NCBI GenBank assembly: GCA_965218785.1
Contig: OZ244650.1
Location: 608,001 to 672,000 of the forward strand
DNA from: Nitrosopumilus sp.
GTDB lineage: Archaea > Thermoproteota > Nitrososphaeria > Nitrososphaerales > Nitrosopumilaceae
Reading direction: 5' to 3'
Length of the DNA: 64,000 bases
The position numbers and the translations under genes were made by a program. Below are positions 43,601 through 52,237 of this stretch, piece by piece. Below the pieces are notes generated by a model that did not search any database, was not told the DNA's origin, and worked only from the letters and a program-made list of their open reading frames with translations. The number at the start of each line of letters is the position of its first letter. The stretch's first letter is position 1.

Positions 43601-46600
43601 CTGGTGATACTGATGCGGTAGCTGACTATACCTCCACCGGCTCGACTGGAACTGCCCTGATATTCGAGTATACGGTTGCTGCAGGAGAGAATTCTGCTGA
43701 TCTCAACTATGTCGGTACAACCTCGCTTGACCTAAACGGCGGAACCATACTTGCTGAAGCTGACAGCGTTACTCCCGCATCCCTGACACTTCCTGCAACT
43801 ACTGATGCCACATCACTTGGCGGCAGCTCTGCAGTAGTTGTGGATGCTGTGGTACCAACTGTAACCATATCTGCCAGTGTCGATAATGACGGCAGCACAA
43901 ACGACGGCTCTGTATTTTATACTGCCACCTTTAGCGAGGATGTAACCGGCTTTGATGTCGCAGCTGATATTACAGTATCTGGTACTGCAGCTGCAACCCT
44001 CACTACACCAACCGGTTCTGGCAGCACGTACACCTTTGCTGCAACTACCACTAATGGCGGAACAATCACAGTGTTGATTCCTGCAGATGCGGCAGCTGAT
44101 ACTGCCACCAACGGCAACACGGCATCTGCCACATACACCGTTACAGTAAACAGTTTATCCCAAATAAACTCACTTGACCTTACACCAGGCGGCTATAGGC
44201 ACAACCTGGTACATTTCACCGGTGATTACTATGTCTCATCCCACACTGTAACTAGAGCCAATAGCGATGATGCGGCTCTCTGGAATTTTGACACTGTTCT
44301 TAACCTGTACAGTATCATTGGCGGGGACATTACGTTGATTGGCAGTCGGACGGTTGAAACCCGAACTCAGGATAAAACCACGACGATTAACGAATTTACA
44401 ACCCACCCAAGATCCACCGCTGTTACAGCTGTGGATGATGATACCATCGCAGTTACATATGTGGCCAGCAGTACCAGTCGTCTCAGAACATATGATGTTG
44501 ATACCGCATCTACCACTGCACCGTTTGGCACTTCTGTACTTACCTCCCTAGGAACTTCCGGTACTCTCACGCAGGAGCAGACGCACAACCACTCCCTGGT
44601 AACACTTGATGCGACCAGGCTGGTAGTGGCATATTCGTATCCTGATGCCTCCACTACCAACTATATCCAGATTATCAATGTTGTTTCCGGTACCGGCGCT
44701 TTGACACCTGAAACTCCTGTGGAAATCACCGACACACTGGGACAGTACTCATCCCTGGTAAGACTCGATGGTAATACCGTGGTAGTTGCATACAGGGCTG
44801 ATGCTAACGAATATGGATACCTGCGGGCATATAATATTTCAGCCGATAACACCATTGCTCCCGGAGATGCTGTTCAGATCGAGGGTTCCAGAATCGCGCA
44901 CACCTCCCTTATCCGGGTGGATGATGATACGGTAGCTGTTGCATACTCTGCGCTTGGTCTTGATACATCCACGACTGACGGACAGGCAAACCTCAAGGTC
45001 TATAATGTTGACACAAATGCCGCCATTACCGGAGGTACCGGGGTTGCCAGTTCTGTATATTATGATGATGCCGTGGCAGATGTCACATTTGAAGAACATG
45101 CACATCTCAACTCGCTGGCACTGCTAAATACTGATACGCTGGCAGTTGCATACAGGGGCGATGGCCCCGCAGGCAATGTTCGATTATACGACATAGACCT
45201 CTCAACAAACGGCCTGACTGCCCGTGGCGAAGCATTCGTACATGACACGGTAAACGGTGCATTCAACTCGCTTGTCAGCATAAATGATGAAACACTGGCA
45301 CTTGTATACGGAGGGGATCTTCCATCTGTAATAGCAAACACTGACACTCCAAACACCATCAAGACACTTGCGGTTTTAGGTCCTGATACGACTGTACCAA
45401 CCATCGTAGCTGCTGTAACTAGTGATGCGAATACGATCGTACTTACTGCATCCGAATTCCTTGCAAGAACTGCGGCTACCCCGGTCTTTACCGTACCTGG
45501 CAATGCAGTTACTGGTACTGTAATACTTGGAACTACCGTAACCATAACTGTGGATACCCAGATATCGCTCGGGGACACACCCACGATAAATTACGCAGTT
45601 GGTGGTGCCATAACTGATGCTGCAGGAAACGCACTTGCGGCATTTGCTGCCCTGCCTGTGACAAACAACGTAGATGATGCCACCCGCCCAACTGCAATCA
45701 TAACTAACGCTGATATCGCTGATGGCGACACCACACTTACTGACACCACCGCATCCTACACTGTCACCTTCAACGAGCCTGTGCCAGGCTTTGATGTGGC
45801 AGATATCATAATATCCGGAACGGCATCAGGTGGTGCACCGGTACCATCAAACTTTGAAACTGCTACGGCAGACATCTCATACACCTTTGATGTGGTGACT
45901 ACATCTGATGGTACGGTAATAGTATCCGTACCTGAAAATGTGGCAGCAGATCCTGCAGGTAACCAAAACACGGCATCTAACACATATACCATCACAGTTG
46001 ATGCGGAAGTACCTGAGATAGTATCTGCAAGGCTCTCCACTGATACAATCACCATAATCTACAGCAAACTAGTAACTACGGATGCCTCCCATTATGATGA
46101 CGTAATGTCACCTGCTGGCACGCCCCATACAATAGATTCGTTTATTGATGCCACTCCCGATGATGCCAATTACACTGTCATATCACTCATCCTCTCAACT
46201 ACCCCAGCCGGAACCACTGCCACAATCGACATAGCTGGTCCAACAAAGACATCAGACTCTACATCGGCGCTCTCACCACTAGAAGACTATCCGGTAACAG
46301 CAGAAGTCAACGTCGTACTTGACGCTACTGATAACCGCATCGCAGTAACTGATTTTGATTCCACCCTTGCCACAGTCAGATATCCAAGTACAGTCGATGC
46401 CACGCTGGATTATTCATCACTGATAGACGGCGAATCAGTGACTCCAACTGCTACGACAAACACCGAGATTGTAGTAACTGCGACAGGTATACGTGGAGGG
46501 GACATACAGGTGACAATCCCTGCCACCACCACCTTTAGCTCTTCTACCTTTGATGGAATACTGATTCTGCCAACTGACTCTGGATCCGGCTGTGATTCCA

Positions 46601-47565
46601 CTGCAATAACTTCTGGTGCACAGGCATCCTGCATCGAGATAGGACAGGCAGGCTCTGTGATAAATACGGATAAACCGATACGGATACAGCTTGGAGGACA
46701 GGCAGGCAACGTTCCATGGTACTCTCAGGGCGGTGCTGCAGCTACCCAGATAACTGCAGCGTGTACTGCCGATGATCTTACCCCTGTATCAGCGCAGCTT
46801 GACGGCACCGGGGAGTGCTTCATAAATACCAATCTTGACCTGATAATCTGGACTGCACACTTTACAGTATTTGGCTCAAACCTGGTAACACCACCACCGG
46901 TTGTTGTTGTTGCACCAGAATCAGAACCAACACCCGCATCCGAACCCGCTCCTAGAAGATCAGGCGGAGGAGGACACGGCAACACACTTGATCCACGTGT
47001 ATGTGGCGGCGTACTGTGCAGTGAACAGGGATCTAACAACCAGTCTTCAGGCACCCCTTCAACTAGCAGGTCTTCAAGCGACCAAATCCGTACCGTACCA
47101 CGTGTAACTCCTGAGCAAACACAGGAACCTGACAGAACACAAAATGGTGCAGATCCGGCACTTGGCACACCAGAGCCTGAACCATCCCCACTGCCAAAGA
47201 CTCCAGAACCAGGCTTAACGAATCCGGCACCCGGCTCTACTGTGGATCCAGAACCGGGCTCAACGAATCCGGCACCCGGATTACTTGTGGATCCAGAACC
47301 GGGCTCAACGAATCCGGCACCCGGATTACTTGTGGATCCAGAACCGGGCTCAACTAGTCCTGCACCCGGATTACTTGTGGACCCAGAACCAGGCTCAACT
47401 AGTCCTGCACCCGGATTACTTGTGGATCCAGAACCAGGCTCAACGAATCCGGCACCCGGCTCTACTGTGGACCCAGAACCAGGCTCTACTGTGGACCCAG
47501 AACCAGAACAAGCCGATGGCATATTTGAACAGATTGGCAGATGGTTCACATCATTATTTGGATAA
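34630..47565 (+). CDS. Giant (4311 aa) secreted surface protein with Ig-like repeats and two propeller-like domains
   Basis: Signal peptide ending DANA-Q; repeated VTF(S/N/D)E...DxAGN modules; Thr/Asp/Ala-rich; Pro-rich stalk. Confidence 0.92.
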   Translation: MTILPIGLLAILFAFSAGLVLSDANAQTAVLSEIDSFALPDNGYRHNLIHLSDEFYVSSHTAIHTSATDENALSSVVYLRLYTIINGEINLIRDLAVTPTGGGSESTVRSETENPNSTGLARVDVDRLALSYTSSGTNIIRTYNVTISSPNPDFVRDKQRVFQSVGDANNHSLVALDKETLVLSYSLPDGSPDGYVQLFSIPHSGITLDLENTLRYTDIQGRYPSLVKLDDDRVVLAYRTVRAQVYIQTVDIVTNDMANDTLNARLAFTTIDSDERTAYNSLIRVDDNTVALAYSRIGMSTNLGDGDGRIRVFDVADTTGAISSTGSGAVFYDDAETAGSEERIHLSSLALLDSDTIAVAYRGEGGAGFIRLYDIASNGALTANGEPLEHDSANGAFNSLIAIDDTTLALVYGGDLARTDLSTSSEVPNTIKLFSTVSDVMPPTILSAETTDSNTIVLTASELLEGMANIGDFTVSSSTLSGHTVFPNTVTAAEISGSTIILTTGTVISGGTITIAVEYRGNSITDGVGNALARFTDQSVSNREVGVPIITSVSATPGTYKIGDTIDITVTLNTSVFVSNSNGRLELNFGTITREVPISSSVTNSNTITLPFPYTVATGDTSANLNYVDTNSFLGSSGHFTGPEGLLNLALPPTTSADSLGGSNIIVTGIAPIISTAVTTGSTTIVLTASEALTGTIATGDFTVDGNTVMGIPILSDGTTITITVDTAIIGGNTVTVDYGGTALVNAAGNALATFDDRPVTNNEAPIPVITDVSATGGPYTAGNTVPITVTYDLAVRVVGNPELLLATGDPVAGTPNTPAVYHSSPTPTTLLFNYMVAATDNSADLNYVGTDSLTLSGSDSILSTADSAVASLTLPDPSVNSFGGSNIVVDNVAPFPSINRAVPTNPTLPFDIEYAVLFSEPVTGLMASEIMVTGTASGGSPVVSDFVGTPPTDRYTFNVEITADGTVEVTIPAGVAMDRVNIGNTALLTSVIDTIDTTAPFYRSAVTTDANTITITVSEPLDESVDAVASDFSVTSNGIANGLTALPEINDNIITLRVGTPILGGHAITVQYSGMNLIDAAGNALEIFTRNPTNTLDVPTTPAVTGVTGLGGFYFSGFSIDIEVTFDEAVTVSTESGIPRIILDTGVTGGTAVNYVRTESGGTVLVFDYSTAPGHNSEKLNYVNTGSLILNGGSINAADDANPADLTLPAVASTASLGNSNIVVDTVIPSVTISSDNLLTKSRSITFTAEFTEDVTGFVDTTNDIVVSGAATTVTTITPVNGTHYDFVVDATADGAVTVSIPADAAMDRADNGNTVSDPYTITVDTVAPTVTISTDTANGGSQNTNTISYNVDFSEGVHDFVEGDITVTGTAPFGTPAIRNFNEVGPEEYTFDVVTTDNGTVLVTIPAGVATDDATNGNEASATYTVTVDDDIPTVTISATDSAGTATANGGSQNDNTISYTATFSKPVTGFEIDDITISGSAPLGTPAVTNFDITNAPEYTFDVVTTNDGTVLVSIAENVAADTAGNGNAASGVYTVTVDNVVPTVMLGSTTTAVDGGSQNTSIASYTVMFSEDVENFVEGDITVTGTASGGSPGVSSFAGIGASYTFNVETSADGTVEVTIPAGVAADAAGNLNTESLMHTITVDTTVPTVGITTDTANGGSQNTNTISYTATFSEAVNNFVVDDITVTGTASGGSPTATIFDGSGASYTFNVVTSADGTVEVMIPANVATDTANNDNMESGTYTVTVDTLAPTIMSVETTDSTTIVITALEPLAEITPTGVFTVTDNTVNGIPTISGSTITIIVGTSIVFGDTPEVTYVGTDLTDVAGNALEAITDRTVTNNVPVAGAPVVTGVAAPPGSYKEGDTINITVTFNEAVTVSTTSGTPQLTLETGDPDAVAVYTLTGSTGTALIFEYTVAAGENSADLNYVSINSLDLNGGTIVAVAPGATPASTTLPAITAVESLGGSSAVIVDTMAPTVVITNIQTTNIGGFSSSRVLTFIATFSEEVNNFVVGDITVGGTATVTAAASVMQQPFGDRSIYTIAVTAPADGTVVVSIPLNAAADDAGNGNMASDPYTITVDTAAPTVTITADDVNANGFTNSAAITYNAKFNEVVSDFDNANDITLGGTATATVSAPTAINGTDYTFVVTSTADATSANDGTVVVSIPVNAVSDAAGNNNAASAPYTVTIDTVVSGVQITTITDNDGTQNSNTISYSAVFGEAVTGFDLADIDVSGTASNNAPVASSFSGSGLSYAFDVVVASGDGTVIVRIPANVAVDRAGNGHTASNTYTVTVDTALPTVEITADGVANGGSQTTDTVSYTATFNEEVVNFVVADIEVSGTASFGTPAVTDFDATNAPVYTFDVMTTDDGTVVVSIPEGAATDAGTNGNVASGDHTVTVDTSIPSVTGVAATGGSYMASDRIDIIVTFDEQVEVTGEPTLTLDTGAVVSFNAFVDTSRLTLQFPYTVTAGQNSDDLNYVDVDSLDLSGGSITAFDNGIPASLLLPATTLDDSLGGSDVIVDTTAPRFLSAQTTTPNTIEIIISEPLDQTMTAGTFTVATNTVSGTPVISGSTITITVGMAITSADTLTVSYTTDTGGIADIAGNALETFANPETVTNNVPDATAPTVLSVSAPPGTHTTGATIDITVAFDEAVDVTGVPQLTLDTGAVVDYTSGTGGTDLLFQYTVAAGENSADLNYANVNSLALNSGTINVAGGTTAVNLVLPATTAATSLGGSSAVIVDTTAPTVTISNDQTTSDGETATTRTLDYTVEFSETVTGFAMNDITVSGAATAPDAAPAGSDDTYTFTVTAPADGTVTVSIPAGAAADEAGNDNIVSADYTVIIDATAPTIMSAATSGSTTIVITASEPLAEITPTGDFTVTDNTVNGIPTISGSTITIIVGTSIVFGDTPEVTYVGTDLTDVAGNALAAITSQTVTNNVPVAGVPVVTGVAAPPGTHNAGDTIDITVTFNEAVDVTGTPQLTLETGDTDAVADYTSTGSTGTALIFEYTVAAGENSADLNYVGTTSLDLNGGTILAEADSVTPASLTLPATTDATSLGGSSAVVVDAVVPTVTISASVDNDGSTNDGSVFYTATFSEDVTGFDVAADITVSGTAAATLTTPTGSGSTYTFAATTTNGGTITVLIPADAAADTATNGNTASATYTVTVNSLSQINSLDLTPGGYRHNLVHFTGDYYVSSHTVTRANSDDAALWNFDTVLNLYSIIGGDITLIGSRTVETRTQDKTTTINEFTTHPRSTAVTAVDDDTIAVTYVASSTSRLRTYDVDTASTTAPFGTSVLTSLGTSGTLTQEQTHNHSLVTLDATRLVVAYSYPDASTTNYIQIINVVSGTGALTPETPVEITDTLGQYSSLVRLDGNTVVVAYRADANEYGYLRAYNISADNTIAPGDAVQIEGSRIAHTSLIRVDDDTVAVAYSALGLDTSTTDGQANLKVYNVDTNAAITGGTGVASSVYYDDAVADVTFEEHAHLNSLALLNTDTLAVAYRGDGPAGNVRLYDIDLSTNGLTARGEAFVHDTVNGAFNSLVSINDETLALVYGGDLPSVIANTDTPNTIKTLAVLGPDTTVPTIVAAVTSDANTIVLTASEFLARTAATPVFTVPGNAVTGTVILGTTVTITVDTQISLGDTPTINYAVGGAITDAAGNALAAFAALPVTNNVDDATRPTAIITNADIADGDTTLTDTTASYTVTFNEPVPGFDVADIIISGTASGGAPVPSNFETATADISYTFDVVTTSDGTVIVSVPENVAADPAGNQNTASNTYTITVDAEVPEIVSARLSTDTITIIYSKLVTTDASHYDDVMSPAGTPHTIDSFIDATPDDANYTVISLILSTTPAGTTATIDIAGPTKTSDSTSALSPLEDYPVTAEVNVVLDATDNRIAVTDFDSTLATVRYPSTVDATLDYSSLIDGESVTPTATTNTEIVVTATGIRGGDIQVTIPATTTFSSSTFDGILILPTDSGSGCDSTAITSGAQASCIEIGQAGSVINTDKPIRIQLGGQAGNVPWYSQGGAAATQITAACTADDLTPVSAQLDGTGECFINTNLDLIIWTAHFTVFGSNLVTPPPVVVVAPESEPTPASEPAPRRSGGGGHGNTLDPRVCGGVLCSEQGSNNQSSGTPSTSRSSSDQIRTVPRVTPEQTQEPDRTQNGADPALGTPEPEPSPLPKTPEPGLTNPAPGSTVDPEPGSTNPAPGLLVDPEPGSTNPAPGLLVDPEPGSTSPAPGLLVDPEPGSTSPAPGLLVDPEPGSTNPAPGSTVDPEPGSTVDPEPEQADGIFEQIGRWFTSLFG
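47200..47510 (+). repeat. 42-bp coding tandem repeats (PEPGSTNPAPGLLVD)
   Basis: About six copies visible in DNA and protein. Confidence 0.9.
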
Positions 47566-48018
47566 ACACGCGTCTTTGTTGGATGATGACAGCTATCTGA
47601 AATATCCAGTAACTTATTCTGACGTATCTTCTTAATTGCAGGGGTCTTATGGCATCATGCATTATCAAACAATTATCAGTGCGATAAATCCTAATGGCAG
47701 TCAAATTGGTAAAACCATCTGGAAAAAATACATACTGCCATTTGATAACTTTAGAATTTACTGTTATTATGATATCATCTAAAGATGTACTCCAATCCTC
47801 AAAACAAACCAGCATAATGCAGCGTATTTTGATTGCAGATTTTTTTTACCGTGTGGATATCCGCATGATTTGCTCTGCCCATCTATGGAATACTACATAT
47901 CCTGAAATCTTTTTGTATTTCCATCCCAGTAACAGCACGTGCTATGTCAATCAAAAAGTGGTCTTTTGTCTATATAATTTGAATGCGTCATTTATGATCA
48001 CAGATTGAAAGGTGTATT

Positions 48019-48222
48019 ATGCCTGAATCGCGCACCTTCTTTAAGATAGTTGACGAGCTAGTAACATCTTCTGAATATGATCCAGAGTTGGCAGACGGAA
48101 TCAAGTGGCTCGATGATCAGGCACAAAAAAAAGGCATCACGCTTTATGATATGGTCTTTGAAGTGTTATACAGGCATGATGTGGATTCCAAGGCAAAAAC
48201 CTGGCTTCGTACAAGAAACTAA
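48019..48222 (+). CDS. Small hypothetical protein
   Basis: 67 aa; resembles the 49507 ORF. Confidence 0.7.
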   Translation: MPESRTFFKIVDELVTSSEYDPELADGIKWLDDQAQKKGITLYDMVFEVLYRHDVDSKAKTWLRTRN

Positions 48223-48225
48223 AAA

Positions 48226-49389
48226 TTATTTTCTCAGGTCTAACGTTTTGTATTCGCATCCTTCCGGACCGCAGTATTTTCCAACATAGGTGGCCTTTGG
48301 TCTGTACAACGCCGGTTTTGGTGCGGCCTCTGCAAATTTTTCCTCGATAATGTGGGCTGCCCATCCTACAACCCTGGAAATTGCAAATATCGGGGTGTTT
48401 AGATCCATTGGAATTTTTAACATGTAATAGATTGAGGCACTGTACAAATCCACATTCGGATAAATGTCCCGGTCTTTTTGTAACTTTATCTCAGAAATAG
48501 TCACAGTCTCAATTTTTTCAGTAATGGCAAACCATGGTTCCTTGGTTTGCCCTGCAAGCTTTCTTGATAGTTCCTTTAGAACCTGCGCACGCGGGTCATA
48601 TGTTTTATAAACGGCGTGTCCCATTCCCATGATTCTCTCACCCCCGCCTATTTTATCCCTGATCCATGACTCTACATTTTTTATATCGTGAATCTCCAAT
48701 AGCATCTTCATGACTTCGGTATTTGCCCCTCCGTGCAGCTCCCCACTTAGCGCCCCGATTGCGGCACTTGATGCCGAATACATGTGCGCCCTAGTTGATG
48801 CAACCTGTCTTGCAGTAAACGTTGAGGCATTAAAGGTGTGATCTGCATGAAGAATCAGACATACATCGAAGATCTTCTCTGTCTCCGGTGCCGGTATCTC
48901 GCCGGACATCATGTATAAAAAATTTGCAGCATGACTCAACGAAGGATCAGGATCTATGATTTCCAGCCCGTTTCTTATTCTCTGCCAGCTTGCAATGATG
49001 GTTGGAACCTTTGCGATTAGATTAATTGCCCTGTCATAACTGGCATCCTTGTTTGAAAACTCTTCGTCATAATACCCCGCTAGTGCGGCAACAAATGCCT
49101 GAATCATATCCATGGGATCGGCATCCTTTCTCCAGTTTCCCATGTTCTTTTGCATCTGTTTTGGAATGAACCTGGCATCGACCATCTTTGCTTTAAACTC
49201 GTCTAGCTGCTGCTTGTTTGGCAGGATGTCATAAAGCAGCAGATATGCCGTTTCCTCAAAGGTTGAATTTTCCGTAAGATCCAAAATATCATATCCCCTG
49301 TAGATGAGCCTGCCTTTCTCCCCGTCAATGTTTGATATCCTGGTGTCTGCAATCTCTATTCCCCTCAGACCTATATTTTTGGTCTCCAT
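48226..49389 (-). CDS. gltA: Citrate synthase
   Basis: GLRG, LIYRGY, HADH, NASTF, LHGGAN, GMGHAVY, PNVD. Confidence 0.97.
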   Translation of the reverse strand: METKNIGLRGIEIADTRISNIDGEKGRLIYRGYDILDLTENSTFEETAYLLLYDILPNKQQLDEFKAKMVDARFIPKQMQKNMGNWRKDADPMDMIQAFVAALAGYYDEEFSNKDASYDRAINLIAKVPTIIASWQRIRNGLEIIDPDPSLSHAANFLYMMSGEIPAPETEKIFDVCLILHADHTFNASTFTARQVASTRAHMYSASSAAIGALSGELHGGANTEVMKMLLEIHDIKNVESWIRDKIGGGERIMGMGHAVYKTYDPRAQVLKELSRKLAGQTKEPWFAITEKIETVTISEIKLQKDRDIYPNVDLYSASIYYMLKIPMDLNTPIFAISRVVGWAAHIIEEKFAEAAPKPALYRPKATYVGKYCGPEGCEYKTLDLRK

Positions 49390-49506
49390 ACTAGCATGTC
49401 AAAAAATCTTCTATTATATTTTTTCCAAAATCATGTATGTGAAGTTTAGTATTTAGTCTAAAATGGCAACTTTTGCTCATAAATGAAAATTTTTAGTTAA
49501 AAATTA

Positions 49507-49698
49507 ATGAACATCCATGAGCGTGAACACCTCAAAAGACTAGACGATCTCGTGCTTGCCGCATCACCTAAAACACTGGAAAAAATTCAGGAAATTGACC
49601 ATCAGACACAGATGGAGGGATTATCCCTTTACGACGTATACCTTGATTCGAATTCCCTGGTTAATCCGGGCATCAAAAAACCAGCAAAGAAATCCTGA
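49507..49698 (+). CDS. Small hypothetical protein
   Basis: 63 aa, divergent from gltA; resembles the 48019 ORF. Confidence 0.65.
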   Translation: MNIHEREHLKRLDDLVLAASPKTLEKIQEIDHQTQMEGLSLYDVYLDSNSLVNPGIKKPAKKS

Positions 49699-49745
49699 TT
49701 TTTCATATTTCATTTAAATGAGGGCTAGTAATTTTTTTATTCATA

Positions 49746-50810
49746 TTGACCGTATCTAAAACCAGGAAATCTGCAACCAGGAAAACCGTAAAAAAGACCG
49801 CCAAAAAAACGGTCAAAACCCCCAAAAAACCGCGACGTACAAAAACAATCTGTATCTCCCACAAGGAGGACGCAGATGGAATCAGCTCTGCTGCGTTAAT
49901 ACGACAGGCCTTTGGCGGTGATGCGCTACTTGTAGACTATCCCGGACAGATGGAGGCATTGCAACAGATGGTTTTAGATGAAAAACTAAAGACTCTCTTC
50001 ATCTGTGATCTTGGTCTGAGCAAAAAGACGCAGGATGAATTTATTGACATCATGGCTGCCTTACGAAAAGACAAGGTTTCAGTTACCTATATCGATCACC
50101 ATGACATTGATCCCGGCGTTGTAAAATCGCTTAAAAAACTCAAAGTCAAAGTAATTCATAATGTTAACGAATGCACCGCAGTACAGGTCTACTCTGCATT
50201 CAAATCAAAACTCGTTGATCATGCCTCATTTGTTGCAGCGTGTGCGGCAATTACCGACTATATGGAGGACAGGCCGATTGGCTCAAAACTGCTTCAAATC
50301 TACGACAGACAGTTTGCATTGATTAACGCAACTGTTCTTACCTACAACATTGTAGGCCATCAAAAGGAACCGGACTATCTGCAGTATCTAGTAGAGGAGC
50401 TGGCAGACTCGAAATTCCCGCATCAAATTCCAAACACCTTTGAATTTGCCCAGATTCAGGTCGAAAAACTATCACAGATGATTGCAAAGGTAAAGAAGGG
50501 GCTGAAGACCATGAGCAATCTGGGACACATGGAAATCCTTGATGCCGGTGCTAGCGGCGCAGTTAATTTTGTCATGGGACTGTCAGGAAAGAATGTTGGC
50601 GTTGCATACAAGGAGCGAGTTGATCATGGTATTTACGCGGTTTCAGTTAGAGGTTCAAAAGACTGTAAAGTCCATCTGGGCAAGATCGTAAATGTACTGG
50701 CATCTGATCTTGGCGGTTCGGGCGGGGGACACGACAGGGCATGCGGCGCAGTCATTCCAAAACCGAAAATCAAAAAATTCATTACAGAACTAAATAAAAA
50801 GATAAGATAA
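49746..50810 (+). CDS. DHH/DHHA1 family phosphoesterase
   Basis: HKEDADG, CDLG, IDHH, SVRG, GGGH. Confidence 0.9.
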   Translation: MTVSKTRKSATRKTVKKTAKKTVKTPKKPRRTKTICISHKEDADGISSAALIRQAFGGDALLVDYPGQMEALQQMVLDEKLKTLFICDLGLSKKTQDEFIDIMAALRKDKVSVTYIDHHDIDPGVVKSLKKLKVKVIHNVNECTAVQVYSAFKSKLVDHASFVAACAAITDYMEDRPIGSKLLQIYDRQFALINATVLTYNIVGHQKEPDYLQYLVEELADSKFPHQIPNTFEFAQIQVEKLSQMIAKVKKGLKTMSNLGHMEILDAGASGAVNFVMGLSGKNVGVAYKERVDHGIYAVSVRGSKDCKVHLGKIVNVLASDLGGSGGGHDRACGAVIPKPKIKKFITELNKKIR

Positions 50811-51103
50811 TCACGCAAAAACCTGCAGACTGCATGGGTGCGCCCTTGAACCTGCTATGATTTGCAGGTACTGTCATATCATGGCAAAAGGCACGAATTT
50901 GTGGGTTGTTTTCAGGATGTTTGATTTTGTTATTTATCTTGTCTTGGGCAAGACCCGTATCTGGTTTGATGATTTCCGGTTCACTGCTGTGCATTTCTTT
51001 TAATTAAGCGGGAACATAACGATTCAATCGTTAAAAGGATTTGCCCAAATCAAATACAAAACTGGAAGAATTTTTTAATAATTTGCAGACTGGTTCTTTA
51101 TAG

Positions 51104-52237
51104 TTGAATCTAAAGACGGCCGTACCACTCGTTGTACTCGGTGTTGTAACTGTGGTGCTGATCCTGTCTTTTTCTGATTCTTTTGTATTGCCGCCAGTCA
51201 CGTCTAATCCTGCTACTGTCACCACCCCCACGTCTGAAATCCAACCGGCTTATTCGGGATTGACCATTATGGAAACAGATGGAATCCGGCACAGCATTCC
51301 CCTTGATAAAATAAAGAGCGGGGGACCTCCCAAAGATGGAATTCCATCCGTTGATGAGCCTAAATTTGCCGGGGTTTCGGACTCCCATTTCATATCTGAT
51401 GCTGATACCGTGATTGGATTGGAGATCAACGATGATGCCAGGGCATATCCGATATTTATTTTAGTCTGGCATGAAATTATTAATGACACGGTGGGCGGCA
51501 TTCCTGTTTCTGTAACATACTGCCCGCTTTGTTATACCAACCAGGTCTTTGAGCGAATAATTAACGGCAAGGTAGTAGAGTTTGGCACGTCTGGAAAACT
51601 GTACAACAGTAATTTGCTGATGTATGACAGATATACGGAATCCTACTGGAGTCAGGCCCTTGGAACCGCAGTCAAAGGGGAGCTGACTGGGTATGAACTG
51701 GATTTAATTCCGTTTGATGTTATTACCTGGGGTGATTGGAAGAGACTTCATCCTGACACCGTGGTGCTCACTACAGATACGGGATACGTTCGTGCATATG
51801 ATGTTGATCCCTATGGTAATTATTATACAGAACCACGGATCATATTTCCTGTGGAACACAGCGATGACCGACTGGATCCCAAGGAGATAGTCATCGGGTT
51901 TGAGCAAGACGATGTTTACAAGGCATACAAACAAAACGATGTTGAATCTGAGGTGGTAATCAACGATTCTGTAGGGCCGACTCCTGTGTTGCTTGCTTCG
52001 TTGTTTTCTGAAAATTCCAGGGCTTTTGTAAGGCTGGTCGGTGATGAGACACTGGATTTTGTCTATGAGGATGGAAAAATTTTGGATTCTATGACGGGAT
52101 CCGAATGGAATTATGACGGGTTGTCTGTCTCTGGTACGTATCAGGGGGAACAACTACAAAGGATGCCAATCGAGCCTGGATTTTGGTTTGAATGGGTTGC
52201 ATTTCATCCACAAACTTTGGTGTATGGTGTTAATTGA
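51104..52237 (+). CDS. DUF3179 domain exported protein
   Basis: GGPPKDGIP, RAYP, HEIIND, YCPLC, FGTSGKLYNSNLLMYD. Confidence 0.88.
   Translation: MNLKTAVPLVVLGVVTVVLILSFSDSFVLPPVTSNPATVTTPTSEIQPAYSGLTIMETDGIRHSIPLDKIKSGGPPKDGIPSVDEPKFAGVSDSHFISDADTVIGLEINDDARAYPIFILVWHEIINDTVGGIPVSVTYCPLCYTNQVFERIINGKVVEFGTSGKLYNSNLLMYDRYTESYWSQALGTAVKGELTGYELDLIPFDVITWGDWKRLHPDTVVLTTDTGYVRAYDVDPYGNYYTEPRIIFPVEHSDDRLDPKEIVIGFEQDDVYKAYKQNDVESEVVINDSVGPTPVLLASLFSENSRAFVRLVGDETLDFVYEDGKILDSMTGSEWNYDGLSVSGTYQGEQLQRMPIEPGFWFEWVAFHPQTLVYGVN

Noticed and set aside
35370-47549. Numerous minus-strand ORFs up to 305 aa inside the giant gene
   Set aside because: Antisense shadows caused by Thr/Val/Ala codon bias of the real + strand gene.
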